From the IMG/VR virus record IMGVR_UViG_3300006198_000004: a stretch of DNA of 57,494 nucleotides. One strand, written 5' to 3'. Positions 8,111 to 15,954 of this stretch are shown piece by piece. The notes beneath the pieces are model-generated. The model was not told where the DNA came from. It saw only the letters and a program-made list of their open reading frames with translations, and did not search any database. Source of the stretch: a virus. Position numbers and translations under genes: made by a program. Each line of letters starts with the position of its first letter. Positions within the stretch are counted from its first letter, which is position 1.

Positions 8111-9082
8111 TTAAAATCCACATTCGATTACTTGTGCTTCCTCACTCTCAACCTCAGTGGGGGCAGGTGTAATGTCCTCATACTCCACCGTGGTTGCGTC
8201 AACCGCTTGTGCGGTCGTTGCGCTGGCAGTGTCGGCGGTCGGAGCTTTGACAACGCTTTGCGTTGCGGCCCCGTCATCGCTATCAAGTGCCTGCTGGAGT
8301 TCCACGGAGAGATAGCCATATTTACTTAGTAGATTTCTTAGTACGGTCTTAATCGCCATGCCGTGAAAGTTTCCGAGCCAGCCCAGAGAGCCGCTATCGG
8401 CTACCACGGGGAGCTTTGAAAGCTCCATAAGCGACTGAACGGTTACATCACGATTGCCCTTGATTGCTTTTGAGTAGCGTTTGGCGTGTATGGCAATTTC
8501 CTCAACACTCATGTAGAGTGCCTTGTGATAGCCGTTGAGCAATTCGATATAGGCAAAGTAGCCTATAACGGTTTCGCTCTTGCGGTCTCCGTCTAAGTCG
8601 ATTTCGCCCGTGAGCTTGGATTTCTTTTTGAGTTCGCCCTCATACACCACATCGGCGTTGATAATGCGATACTGACCCGTGCGCATTGCGAGTTGATATA
8701 AGCCCTTATAGCCTATCTGGAAAGTCGGCTCATACTGCTTGCACTTGGAGCCGTCCGGCAATGTAACAGTGTTGTTGTAGGCTATGATGAAAGCCTGTCC
8801 GAGAGCCTTGTTGATAGGCAGGCGCAGAACGGCCGCTTTTAAGGCTTCTTTCACTACGAGGGTAGGGTCGCATAGCTGGAGCTTGCCGTCCGTGCTGAAA
8901 AGTTCCAGAACGGCCGCCATAAATGTTGAGGCGTTCTGCTGGAGGGCGTTCTCAAATTGCTTTTTGATTGCGCCATTGTTCAGCACCTCGTTAAGCTGGT
9001 TGACAGGCGATTTCTTTGCCGGTGCCGTCTGTGGAGCCGGCGCGGGTGCAGTCATCGGAGCTGCTTGTCTTGTCTGTGTCAT
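8111..9082 (-). CDS. recT: RecT-family single-strand annealing protein
   Basis: The central region is RecT-like (GYKGLYQLAMRTGQYRIINADVVYEGE; GYFAYIELLNGYHKALYMSVEEI). Confidence 0.8.
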   Translation of the reverse strand: MTQTRQAAPMTAPAPAPQTAPAKKSPVNQLNEVLNNGAIKKQFENALQQNASTFMAAVLELFSTDGKLQLCDPTLVVKEALKAAVLRLPINKALGQAFIIAYNNTVTLPDGSKCKQYEPTFQIGYKGLYQLAMRTGQYRIINADVVYEGELKKKSKLTGEIDLDGDRKSETVIGYFAYIELLNGYHKALYMSVEEIAIHAKRYSKAIKGNRDVTVQSLMELSKLPVVADSGSLGWLGNFHGMAIKTVLRNLLSKYGYLSVELQQALDSDDGAATQSVVKAPTADTASATTAQAVDATTVEYEDITPAPTEVESEEAQVIECGF

Positions 9083-9090
9083 TGTGGTAA

Positions 9091-11058
9091 CTATTGAATT
9101 GTTAGAGTTCTGTCATAGCTCACGCGCAGATTGATAACCTGCGAGATTGTGGGGATTACCTCATTGACACTTTCGCGGTTGTCAATAAAGATAGGCGCGG
9201 AAAAGCCTTTGGCTACGCATAAGGCGTTGATAATATCAAGCCCGGCATTGAGCTTTCCGGCGGCGTTCACATCGGGATAGGGGGTGCCGTTCACCGTGCA
9301 TACACAAGTGATTTTCTCGCCACCGTTCTTTTGCTCTTTGAGGAAAGAGAAAGAAACGTACTTGAAAAGGCCGTTGATACGCTCATAGAGCATTTCATCT
9401 TTGGCTTTGAGGAAGCGCGTGTAGGTGTCCTCCCAGCACTCCAAATCGGCTATGGCTTGATTGTTGGCAATCCGTTTTTCCTCTAACTCAGAGATTTCCT
9501 TTCGGCAGCGGGCGATTACCTCACGCTTACCCAGTCGGCGGTTGAGTTCGGCGATACTTTCCGACAACATGGCTTTTGCCTCTTGGAGTTCGCTTGTGTC
9601 GGCCGGCTTTACATCGGCGTAAATCTGGTTATTCAGTTCCTCTATTTCGTTGGCAAGCGCAACGCATTGAGGGTCGGCCCCGATTATTTCCTCAACATTG
9701 AGCGCGGCGGGAATATGCGCTTTGGCATATTCGATTTTGCCTTTCAGCTCCAGCACCCTGTCTTGGAGCGTTGAGATTTGCCCTGTAAGGCGCGTTTCAT
9801 CGGCCTTTGCTTGGTCGAGCGACTTGCGCATTGGTATTCCACGAGCCTGTATCTCCTTTTGGCGTTTGGCTTTGTCCTGCTCAAAGTTGCCACGGATTCT
9901 ATCAAGTGTTTTGGCGAGATTATCACCTTTCAGCGGTTCGCCACAAGTGGGGCATACGAGGCTTTCTTTGGTCGGCTCAACGAATACCTCTAACGCCACG
10001 GCCTTAAAGTCCTCGCGTAAGCCTACAATATCCTTGTCGAGCTTGGATATAGTGCCTTGCACGGTTTCAAGCTCACGGGTCTTAGTGGCAATGTTACGCT
10101 CCATTGTGGCAAGCTCACTCTCCATTGCCTCTAAGTCGGAGATAGCTTTGTTACGGTCGGAATTGGCTTGCACACGGATTTCATTCTGACGGTTGCCTAA
10201 CGCCAGACGTTTTTCTCCCTGTAAGCGCATAAGTTCAACCTTGCGCTTGTTGGCGGCATTGGCCGCTGCGCTCACATCGGAAAGTTGAGCGTCAATGTCG
10301 GCGAGGCTCTTTTTCTTATCGGCAAGCTCTTTCTCCAACGCGGCCCAGTCCTCATCTTCGGGCATTAGCTTTTGCGCCATTTCGATATTTGAGGGTATGG
10401 TTGTGAGCGCATCATTGCAACTCTTTTTCTTGGCTGCTACCTCTTGGGCGTACTTGATTAAGGACGTGCCGTTGATATGGTCCAGCAACGCCATAAATTC
10501 CGGGCTTAAAGCGGCCACCTCGTCATCGGATATGTTGCCTACCATTTGGAGCAACATTTCTTTCTGGTCCTCAGCCGACAGGCGGGGGAATAGGTAGGGA
10601 TTGGTTATCAGCCTAAATACATCTTCGGGGATAATCTCGGAGATTTCGGCTTGATACTCCTTTTTGGTACCGCAACGCACATCGTTAATGAAAAACTGTG
10701 TTTCGTCTTTCATCACCTCATCGGTGGTGCCGTTTACCTTGTTCCATTTCTCCACAAGGCAGCGTTGCAGTTTAATCTCTCTCCCGTCCACGTCAAACAC
10801 GCCAGTTACGGAGTGTTCCAGACGATAGATAGGTTTTCCGTTCTTGTCGAGGGTCTTGACATTAAAGCCCCCGTTACCATCGCCACGGCCTGCGCTATCC
10901 TTTCCGAATAGCAGCCACAAGTAAGCATCATAGAGCGTGGTCTTGCCCGTAGCGTTACCGCCTGTAATCGTAACCACGTCACTATCAAAGCTCACATCAA
11001 AGGAGCGTACCCCCTTGAAATTCACCAGCGACAGCGATTTTAATTTAATTGTTCTCAT
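9091..11058 (-). CDS. SMC/SbcC-like AAA ATPase with long coiled coil
   Basis: The N-terminal Walker A is in the RecF/SbcC-type context (LVNFKGVRSF...ITGGNATGKTTL), followed by a long coiled coil and a CxxC hinge. The start was taken at MRTIKLKS (11058). Confidence 0.75.
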   Translation of the reverse strand: MRTIKLKSLSLVNFKGVRSFDVSFDSDVVTITGGNATGKTTLYDAYLWLLFGKDSAGRGDGNGGFNVKTLDKNGKPIYRLEHSVTGVFDVDGREIKLQRCLVEKWNKVNGTTDEVMKDETQFFINDVRCGTKKEYQAEISEIIPEDVFRLITNPYLFPRLSAEDQKEMLLQMVGNISDDEVAALSPEFMALLDHINGTSLIKYAQEVAAKKKSCNDALTTIPSNIEMAQKLMPEDEDWAALEKELADKKKSLADIDAQLSDVSAAANAANKRKVELMRLQGEKRLALGNRQNEIRVQANSDRNKAISDLEAMESELATMERNIATKTRELETVQGTISKLDKDIVGLREDFKAVALEVFVEPTKESLVCPTCGEPLKGDNLAKTLDRIRGNFEQDKAKRQKEIQARGIPMRKSLDQAKADETRLTGQISTLQDRVLELKGKIEYAKAHIPAALNVEEIIGADPQCVALANEIEELNNQIYADVKPADTSELQEAKAMLSESIAELNRRLGKREVIARCRKEISELEEKRIANNQAIADLECWEDTYTRFLKAKDEMLYERINGLFKYVSFSFLKEQKNGGEKITCVCTVNGTPYPDVNAAGKLNAGLDIINALCVAKGFSAPIFIDNRESVNEVIPTISQVINLRVSYDRTLTIQ

Positions 11059-11665
11059 TCTTGAATATTTTATTGAGTGGTAATCCTTTGTTGTTTCGGT
11101 ATCGGATTGTTCCGGGTGCGACACCTAAGCGTTGCGCCCATTCGCTTATAGTCAGAGTTTCACCATTGAAAGTTATTTTATGATTGTTTCTTTTGTTTCG
11201 TGCTTGTGTTAAGCTATCTACCCAGCGGCAATTATCCGGCTCATAGCCTAAATCGGGATTTATACGGTCTATTGATAAGCCCTCTTGATAGCCGTTGTTG
11301 ATAGCCCACGTTTTGAAATTATCATAATTTTGCCACTCGGAGCAGAGGGCGATTCCACGGCCGCCATATTGAGGATAATTTTTGTGGCGTTGATATTCAC
11401 AACGCTGTTTCATACCTCGCCACACATGATACAACCTCGTATTGCTTTCTCCGTGTTTTGTATTTCGTGCGGTCGCTTTTTCAGAGGATATGCACCCGCA
11501 GCTTTTTGTATTGCCACGTTTAAGACTTGCGCCTAATACGGATAAGGTTTTGCCACAATCGCATTGGCATAGCCACAAACTTTGTCCTCTACGGTCAGAG
11601 CCATTTCTGGCAATAACTACCAACCTACCGAAGCGTTGGCCGATAAGATTACTTGCTTTGCTCAT
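11045..11665 (-). CDS. AP2/HNH-associated DNA-binding protein
   Basis: The pattern GRLVVI...WLCQCDCG...SCGC, then YHVWRGMKQRC and YGGRGI..C.EW, is typical of phage AP2-like or HNH-associated proteins. Confidence 0.55.
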   Translation of the reverse strand: MSKASNLIGQRFGRLVVIARNGSDRRGQSLWLCQCDCGKTLSVLGASLKRGNTKSCGCISSEKATARNTKHGESNTRLYHVWRGMKQRCEYQRHKNYPQYGGRGIALCSEWQNYDNFKTWAINNGYQEGLSIDRINPDLGYEPDNCRWVDSLTQARNKRNNHKITFNGETLTISEWAQRLGVAPGTIRYRNNKGLPLNKIFKNENN

Positions 11666-11946
11666 CTGTGAATTATTGTGTTGAGCCTTTCGGCATTGTT
11701 GATTGCCATCAGTTCGGCGCGTGAATAGTAGCGTTTGGAGTTTTTTGCGGACCCGTTACGTTGTGGCGTTATCAATCCGCTTTCCACCCAGCGTTTAACC
11801 CTCACCTCTTGGAATTGACTATACGCCTCACGTTGAGAAATAAGGTCGCTTGCCGGAGCCGCTTCCTTTTGGTAGGTCGCAACACCAAGAGCCGCCATAT
11901 TCGCGCATAGCGTTTTCAGTTCGTACAATTCCATTGTGATTGTCAT
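11662..11946 (-). CDS. Small DNA-binding protein, excisionase-like (tentative)
   Basis: It is a 94-aa basic protein with an HTH-like segment, and its stop and start overlap its neighbours in the operon. Confidence 0.35.
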   Translation of the reverse strand: MTITMELYELKTLCANMAALGVATYQKEAAPASDLISQREAYSQFQEVRVKRWVESGLITPQRNGSAKNSKRYYSRAELMAINNAERLNTIIHR

Positions 11947-12173
11947 TGCTTTGCTACCTTATGCGCTTTGTGAGCTTTGATTTTGCGAATAAGCAAATCC
12001 TTGAGGCTCTCCCCGTCCTCTTTGTCGAGAAAGAGTAAGCCCGAAAAATAGAGAGAAGCGGCTACGAAAAGCCAGTGCGCCGGATTACCGGCGCATACTC
12101 CCCAGATAGCCCCGGCGAGGCATAAGAGCCAAATGCAGAGCCAGACGGTGTTGTAAATTTGTGTTCCTGTCAT
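11943..12173 (-). CDS. Small membrane protein (two predicted TM helices)
   Basis: There are two hydrophobic stretches (VWLCIWLLCLAGAIWGV; WLFVAASLYFSGLLFL). Confidence 0.5.
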   Translation of the reverse strand: MTGTQIYNTVWLCIWLLCLAGAIWGVCAGNPAHWLFVAASLYFSGLLFLDKEDGESLKDLLIRKIKAHKAHKVAKQ

Positions 12174-12187
12174 CGGTGTTGCAATTT

Positions 12188-12412
12188 TTATGTGAATAAT
12201 TCTTGTTCGGGAATACCTAACTCTTTGGAAATAATAGAGGTTTTGAGCGCATCCGGCTTTTGAGTGCCGGCTATCCAGCAGCGCACCGTAACCTCATGCA
12301 CTTTACACAAAGCGGCGATTTTCTTAACGAAAGCCGTTTTTGGGGCTACCTCAGCCTTTGGGGGCAGAGCGTCATAGAATAGGCGAAACCTTGTTTTTTT
12401 CTTGTTCTCCAT
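12188..12412 (-). CDS. Cro-like HTH regulator
   Basis: It is a 74-aa protein with an HTH (KKIAALCKVHEVTVRCWIAG) and is divergent from the XRE repressor gene. Confidence 0.6.
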   Translation of the reverse strand: MENKKKTRFRLFYDALPPKAEVAPKTAFVKKIAALCKVHEVTVRCWIAGTQKPDALKTSIISKELGIPEQELFT

Positions 12413-12564
12413 TATAATTCTTATAGTGTTATGTGTTCCGTAAGCACAAATTTTTGTATCTTTGCGGCATTACAAAACTGATTGTGTCGCAAAGTTAGAC
12501 ATTCTTTGCGATATATCGCTAAGTATCGCAAATAAAAATTGCAATATTAACAATTATTAACAGC
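12413..12564. promoter_or_regulatory. Immunity switch region
   Basis: - -7 boxes: TATCTTTG (12457-12464, plus strand) and TAACTTTG (12490-12497, minus strand).
- 12-bp palindrome GCGATATATCGC (12508-12519), plus TATCGCAAA (12524-12532).
- 17-bp site TGTGTTC-CGT-AAGCACA (12432-12448). Confidence 0.6.
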
Positions 12565-13050
12565 ATGCCAATCAAGATAGACCTTAACGGCCTCCGAAAA
12601 TCTTTAGGTTTGAAGCAGGCCGAATTTGCCGAAAAGATAGGCATTAAACAAGCCTATCTATCTGAGTTGGAGACAGGTAAAAAGCCTATTCCGACCAATA
12701 TATACAACTCTCTCGTGGATGTGTTTGGCGAGGAAACTTGCGATACGTTTGCAATATCGCAAGAGGAAGCCATAAGCGGTCAACATTTCCACGGCCCGAT
12801 AACGGGGGATAACCCACAATTCGCCGGGCATGATTTCAATAACAACCCGCCATGCAATTTTGGCATCGAGGTTGAAAGGGTAATCGCGGCCATGACTGCA
12901 CAAGCAGACCTCACAAAAGAAGCTCACGAGATAACCAGACGCGCACAAGCCCAAGTTGACCGAGCGCAAGCGCAGGTTGACGTGGCACAACAACAAATGA
13001 ATCGCCTATTGGCTATAATTGAACAGAAACTAAATATTGTACCAGTATGA
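12565..13050 (+). CDS. XRE-family HTH repressor (CI-like) without an S24 peptidase domain
   Basis: The N-terminal HTH is LRKSLGLKQAEFAEKIGIKQAYLSELETGKK. The C-terminus is a Q/A-rich coiled coil (AQAQVDRAQAQVDVAQQQ), and no Ser-Lys autocleavage motif is visible. Confidence 0.75.
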   Translation: MPIKIDLNGLRKSLGLKQAEFAEKIGIKQAYLSELETGKKPIPTNIYNSLVDVFGEETCDTFAISQEEAISGQHFHGPITGDNPQFAGHDFNNNPPCNFGIEVERVIAAMTAQADLTKEAHEITRRAQAQVDRAQAQVDVAQQQMNRLLAIIEQKLNIVPV

Positions 13051-13355
13051 TTTGGATTTTTCTTATCCCGATAATCTGCCTAATACTCGCGGCGATTGTC
13101 AAAGGCTTTACGACAACTCCAAGCCAAAGCCTTAATCAAAAATTCGTAAGTCTTGGCACACTTACAGGCAAAACCTACTCGCAGATTACAAGTGTAGTTG
13201 GCGAGGCTAACTCCAAAAATTCTATTGGTAATGGAACAATCCTTTGCCAATGGGTTCAGCCTGCCTATCACATAGCGTTATTATTTGACGCGAACATGAT
13301 TTGTTTGGGAGTGGAGAGCGAAACAAAGGTTGATGAAACGCAGTTAGGACTATGA
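13047..13355 (+). CDS. Membrane-anchored small protein (candidate superinfection-exclusion factor)
   Basis: It has an N-terminal TM helix (MIWIFLIPIICLILAAIV) and overlaps the stop of the repressor gene. Confidence 0.5.
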   Translation: MIWIFLIPIICLILAAIVKGFTTTPSQSLNQKFVSLGTLTGKTYSQITSVVGEANSKNSIGNGTILCQWVQPAYHIALLFDANMICLGVESETKVDETQLGL

Positions 13356-13552
13356 ACGAATACTACCGAATGGTGATTGAGCTTTTCAAGGAGAGCCTCA
13401 CCAGCGTAAACCGGGTAAATCCCGATGAAAGCCTCCGGGTGCTGATAGAGATAGAAAAAGCGATAACAACTGCAAAAATCACCGGACAGCCCCTTGATGA
13501 GCTATACCAGCTCAAAGCGGATGTTGAGTTGATAAGAGCTTTGAATGAATGA
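13352..13552 (+). CDS. Hypothetical small protein
   Basis: Its start and stop overlap its neighbours in the repressor operon. Confidence 0.45.
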   Translation: MNEYYRMVIELFKESLTSVNRVNPDESLRVLIEIEKAITTAKITGQPLDELYQLKADVELIRALNE

Positions 13553-13803
13553 ACACTCCGATAAGCAAGCAAATCATGGAGCGTTTCTATTGCGCTCTTG
13601 ACGCGATAATAGCCATGAAGCGTATTCGCGGAGTAAACACATATTGTCGGCTATATGAGATAGACCGCCGCAACCTTATCGCCAATCGAAAGGATTTAGA
13701 TAGGGGATGGTTTCAAGTTTCGTGGCTCCAGCCGATGATAACCGACTACGGAGTAAACGCCAAATGGCTCTTGACCGGCACCGGCAAGATGTTTGATGAA
13801 TAA
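13549..13803 (+). CDS. CI-repressor-type HTH domain protein
   Basis: The C-terminal signature VNAKWLLTGTGKMF matches the WLLTGEG motif of the phage CI repressor HTH domain. Confidence 0.55.
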   Translation: MNTPISKQIMERFYCALDAIIAMKRIRGVNTYCRLYEIDRRNLIANRKDLDRGWFQVSWLQPMITDYGVNAKWLLTGTGKMFDE

Positions 13804-13808
13804 GAATA

Positions 13809-13845
13809 GGGCAGCACTTTCGGGTGTTGCCCTGTTTTGTTCTTT
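13809..13845 (+). terminator. Rho-independent terminator of the repressor operon
   Basis: The stem GGGCAGCAC/GTGTTGCCC (one G-U pair) is followed by TGTTTTGTTCTTT. Confidence 0.7.
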
Positions 13846-13953
13846 CCCCCACACCCCCTATTTTAATATACATATACTCTTTTACTACTACTCTTAATAT
13901 AGTGTGTATATATACGCGCGCAGGCGCATTATGCGCGCAGGCGCGAGGCAAAA

Positions 13954-14329
13954 TTTTGCCTAAGCAAAACCGCCTAAAAAGTATCTTGAATTTCAGCGAC
14001 TTACAAATTTTGCTTAGGCAAAACGGTGATTTTGGGATTTTGCTTAGGCAAAAGTTGTGAATGTGTTGATTATCAGCGTTTTGCGAGTTTTGCCTAAGCA
14101 AAATTTTAGGGCGTGGAACATTTTGCCTAAGCAAAACCGAAAGCGCAAAGCATTGATTTTGTGGGTATTTCAAAATTTTGCCTAAGCAAAACGGGGTCGA
14201 AAAAGTGTGTTTGAGAGCCTATTTTTAGCCACTTTTTGCCCTAAAAATTCCGTGGAACATTTTGCTTAGGCAAAATCACCTTGAAATTATTTTGATATTC
14301 AGATATTTACAAATTTTGCTTAGGCAAAA
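13954..14329. repeat. Array of eight 16-bp palindromes TTTTGC-YTAR-GCAAAA
   Basis: Copies lie at 13954, 14008, 14038, 14088, 14121, 14176, 14260 and 14314, with a degenerate copy at about 14234. The array is non-coding and sits between convergent genes. It is flanked by an AT-rich tract (13860-13915) and a GC island (13916-13946). Confidence 0.85.
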
Positions 14330-14331
14330 CG

Positions 14332-15606
14332 CTATTTTTTAGGCTCGTCAACACTTGGTAAATCCAATGCCAGAAAATCAAGCACGGCGCGGTTGGCCGC
14401 ATCTATTTTATCCCAGCTCTTGCGAATGTAAATGTCGGTTACGCGCATATTCTCGTCAACATGGTTTAGGGCAGTATGCACCGTGTATTTATCAACCCCA
14501 GCGTCATTGTTGGCTATCGTAGCCCAACTATGCCGGGCCGCGTAAAACTCCAAATCATCAACGCCGATAATCTTACCTATGCGTTTCAATCCTTTGTTGA
14601 GCGCAGCGCAAAATGTATCGGTGGATGAATAGAGCCGATAGAAATTGAACACCCTTTGCCCCGTGGTGTCGCGGTACTTATCCACAAGAGCCTGCGCCTC
14701 CGGCTCAATCCTTATGGAGATTTCCGCTTTGTCGGCACGGCGGTTGCGTGTCTTTTGGCGTTGGTAGGTTATGCGGCCGTCCGCGATGTCGGTTGCGGCG
14801 AATAGGTCGGCGGCGTTCATGCCTACAAGAAAGAAACTCAGAAGAAACACGTCCTTTGCAAAATTGAACCGATTCACTCCGGGTTGTAGTATGGTCGTAT
14901 ATGGAACTTGCGCAAAAGCCCGCATCTGCTCGACTGACAAAGCGCGTTTGCGCGATAGCGAGGGCTTTGGTATCTCTACCTTGTTGAACGGAGAGAAAGG
15001 TATGCGGATAATTCCGGCTTCCTCATCGTTAAATTCTTTCTTAGCCCGGTTATACATTGCCCGGAGTTGCGCAAGATACAGGCTTTGGGCGCGGTCTCCT
15101 TTCTTGCAGTCCTTACGCGGTGGCTGCTTGGCTATCCATGCTATCCAGTCATTGAGGAATTGCACCGTGATTTCCTTAATGCTGACAACCTCACGCTCGG
15201 CAAATCGTTTCAGACTGTTTATTGCCACCTTGTAGGCTTTGGCGGTCCCGCCTCGTCCGTCTTTCTCCAGCTTGGCGATGAAAGCCTCGGTGTAGGCTAC
15301 TATATCCAAGTCAAAGGGTTTTTCTCTATCTTTTGCCAGCAACTCCACGACCTGCTCCACGGTCATATCGTCCAGACCCTCGCCCACGCTGTTGCATATA
15401 GCGCGATAGCGGCGCAATGTGTCCTCTACCATGTCGATGTACTTTTGGTTTTTGAGCTTGAGGGCGCGTGTCAAATCCTCTTTACCTACATACCACGGAG
15501 TAGAGAGATACTTTTTGCGCTGCTTGTGAGTAACGCGGATTTTTATGTTATAGGTGCCGTCGGCTCTCTTTTGATGAGCATACACCTCTGCTTTGAAAGT
15601 TGCCAT
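14332..15606 (-). CDS. int: Tyrosine recombinase (phage integrase, Bacteroidota type)
   Basis: The N-terminal arm-binding-like segment is MATFKAEVYAHQKRADGTYNIKIRVTH. The C-terminal catalytic region is ARHSWATIA...ALNH...TDIYI (Tyr). Confidence 0.9.
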   Translation of the reverse strand: MATFKAEVYAHQKRADGTYNIKIRVTHKQRKKYLSTPWYVGKEDLTRALKLKNQKYIDMVEDTLRRYRAICNSVGEGLDDMTVEQVVELLAKDREKPFDLDIVAYTEAFIAKLEKDGRGGTAKAYKVAINSLKRFAEREVVSIKEITVQFLNDWIAWIAKQPPRKDCKKGDRAQSLYLAQLRAMYNRAKKEFNDEEAGIIRIPFSPFNKVEIPKPSLSRKRALSVEQMRAFAQVPYTTILQPGVNRFNFAKDVFLLSFFLVGMNAADLFAATDIADGRITYQRQKTRNRRADKAEISIRIEPEAQALVDKYRDTTGQRVFNFYRLYSSTDTFCAALNKGLKRIGKIIGVDDLEFYAARHSWATIANNDAGVDKYTVHTALNHVDENMRVTDIYIRKSWDKIDAANRAVLDFLALDLPSVDEPKK

Positions 15607-15614
15607 TTTCTCTT

Positions 15615-15631
15615 GTAGAACTATTGTAGAA
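15615..15631. repeat. 17-bp GTAGAACTATTGTAGAA element, copy 1 (tandem GTAGAA(C) heptamers 11 bp apart)
   Basis: It is an exact repeat of 15938-15954 and lies in the integrase 5' leader. Confidence 0.8.
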
Positions 15632-15641
15632 CATTCTCACG

Positions 15642-15649
15642 CAAAATTA
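15642..15649 (-). promoter_or_regulatory. -7 box TAATTTTG upstream of integrase
   Basis: The reverse complement of CAAAATTA matches the TAnnTTTG consensus, about 36 nt upstream of the int ATG. Confidence 0.45.
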
Positions 15650-15672
15650 GTCATTTTTTGCGGAAAGTGAGG

Positions 15673-15705
15673 AAACAAAAAAGCCCCACCCGGAAAAGGT
15701 GAGGC
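15673..15705 (-). terminator. Rho-independent terminator downstream of tRNA-Arg
   Basis: On the minus strand, the stem GCCTCACC/GGTGGGGC is followed by TTTTTTGTTT. Confidence 0.7.
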
Positions 15706-15712
15706 TTGATTT

Positions 15713-15784
15713 TGTAGCCCTGCGGGGAATCGAACCCCGATTTAAGGTTTAGGAAACCCTCGTTCTATCCGTTGAACTACAAGG
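15713..15784 (-). tRNA. tRNA-Arg(CCT)
   Basis: I folded the cloverleaf by hand:
- acceptor AGCCTTG/CAGGGCT;
- D arm GTTC-AACGGATA-GAAC;
- anticodon arm AGGGT-TTCCTAA-ACCTT;
- T arm CGGGG-TTCGATT-CCCCG;
- discriminator A, with no encoded CCA. Confidence 0.85.
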
Positions 15785-15937
15785 CTTTATGTAGTCTAAT
15801 CAATGTGTCGGCTCTAAAACATTCACTCGGTAAACAAAATTTGCTCTCAAATTTTGCGTTCAACCCGGAATAGATGTTTAGGAAACTCCTATTTTAACTT
15901 TGATTATCAACCAGATACGAGGCTAATTCGTTATTTC

Positions 15938-15954
15938 GTAGAACTATTGTAGAA
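15938..15954. repeat. 17-bp GTAGAACTATTGTAGAA element, copy 2
   Basis: It is an exact repeat of 15615-15631 and lies on the other side of the tRNA. Confidence 0.8.

Noticed and set aside
12461-12532. TTTGCG/CGCAAA half-sites as repressor operators
   Set aside because: Two of the four half-sites are simply the TTTG(C) part of the -7 promoter boxes, which also read TAnnTTTGC elsewhere in the genome. Only GCGATATATCGC and TATCGCAAA were kept as operator candidates.
13676-14173. A 165-aa minus-strand ORF, and the 13824-14060 plus-strand ORF, covering the palindrome array
   Set aside because: The translation is a repetition of LRQN/CLSKI peptides generated by the 16-bp palindromes. The region sits after a terminator and between convergent genes, and nothing supports coding.
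13954-14329. A possible CRISPR array
   Set aside because: The repeats are only 16 bp and fully palindromic. Spacers are of irregular length (14-68 bp), the repeat centre flips between CTAA and TTAG, and there are no cas genes.
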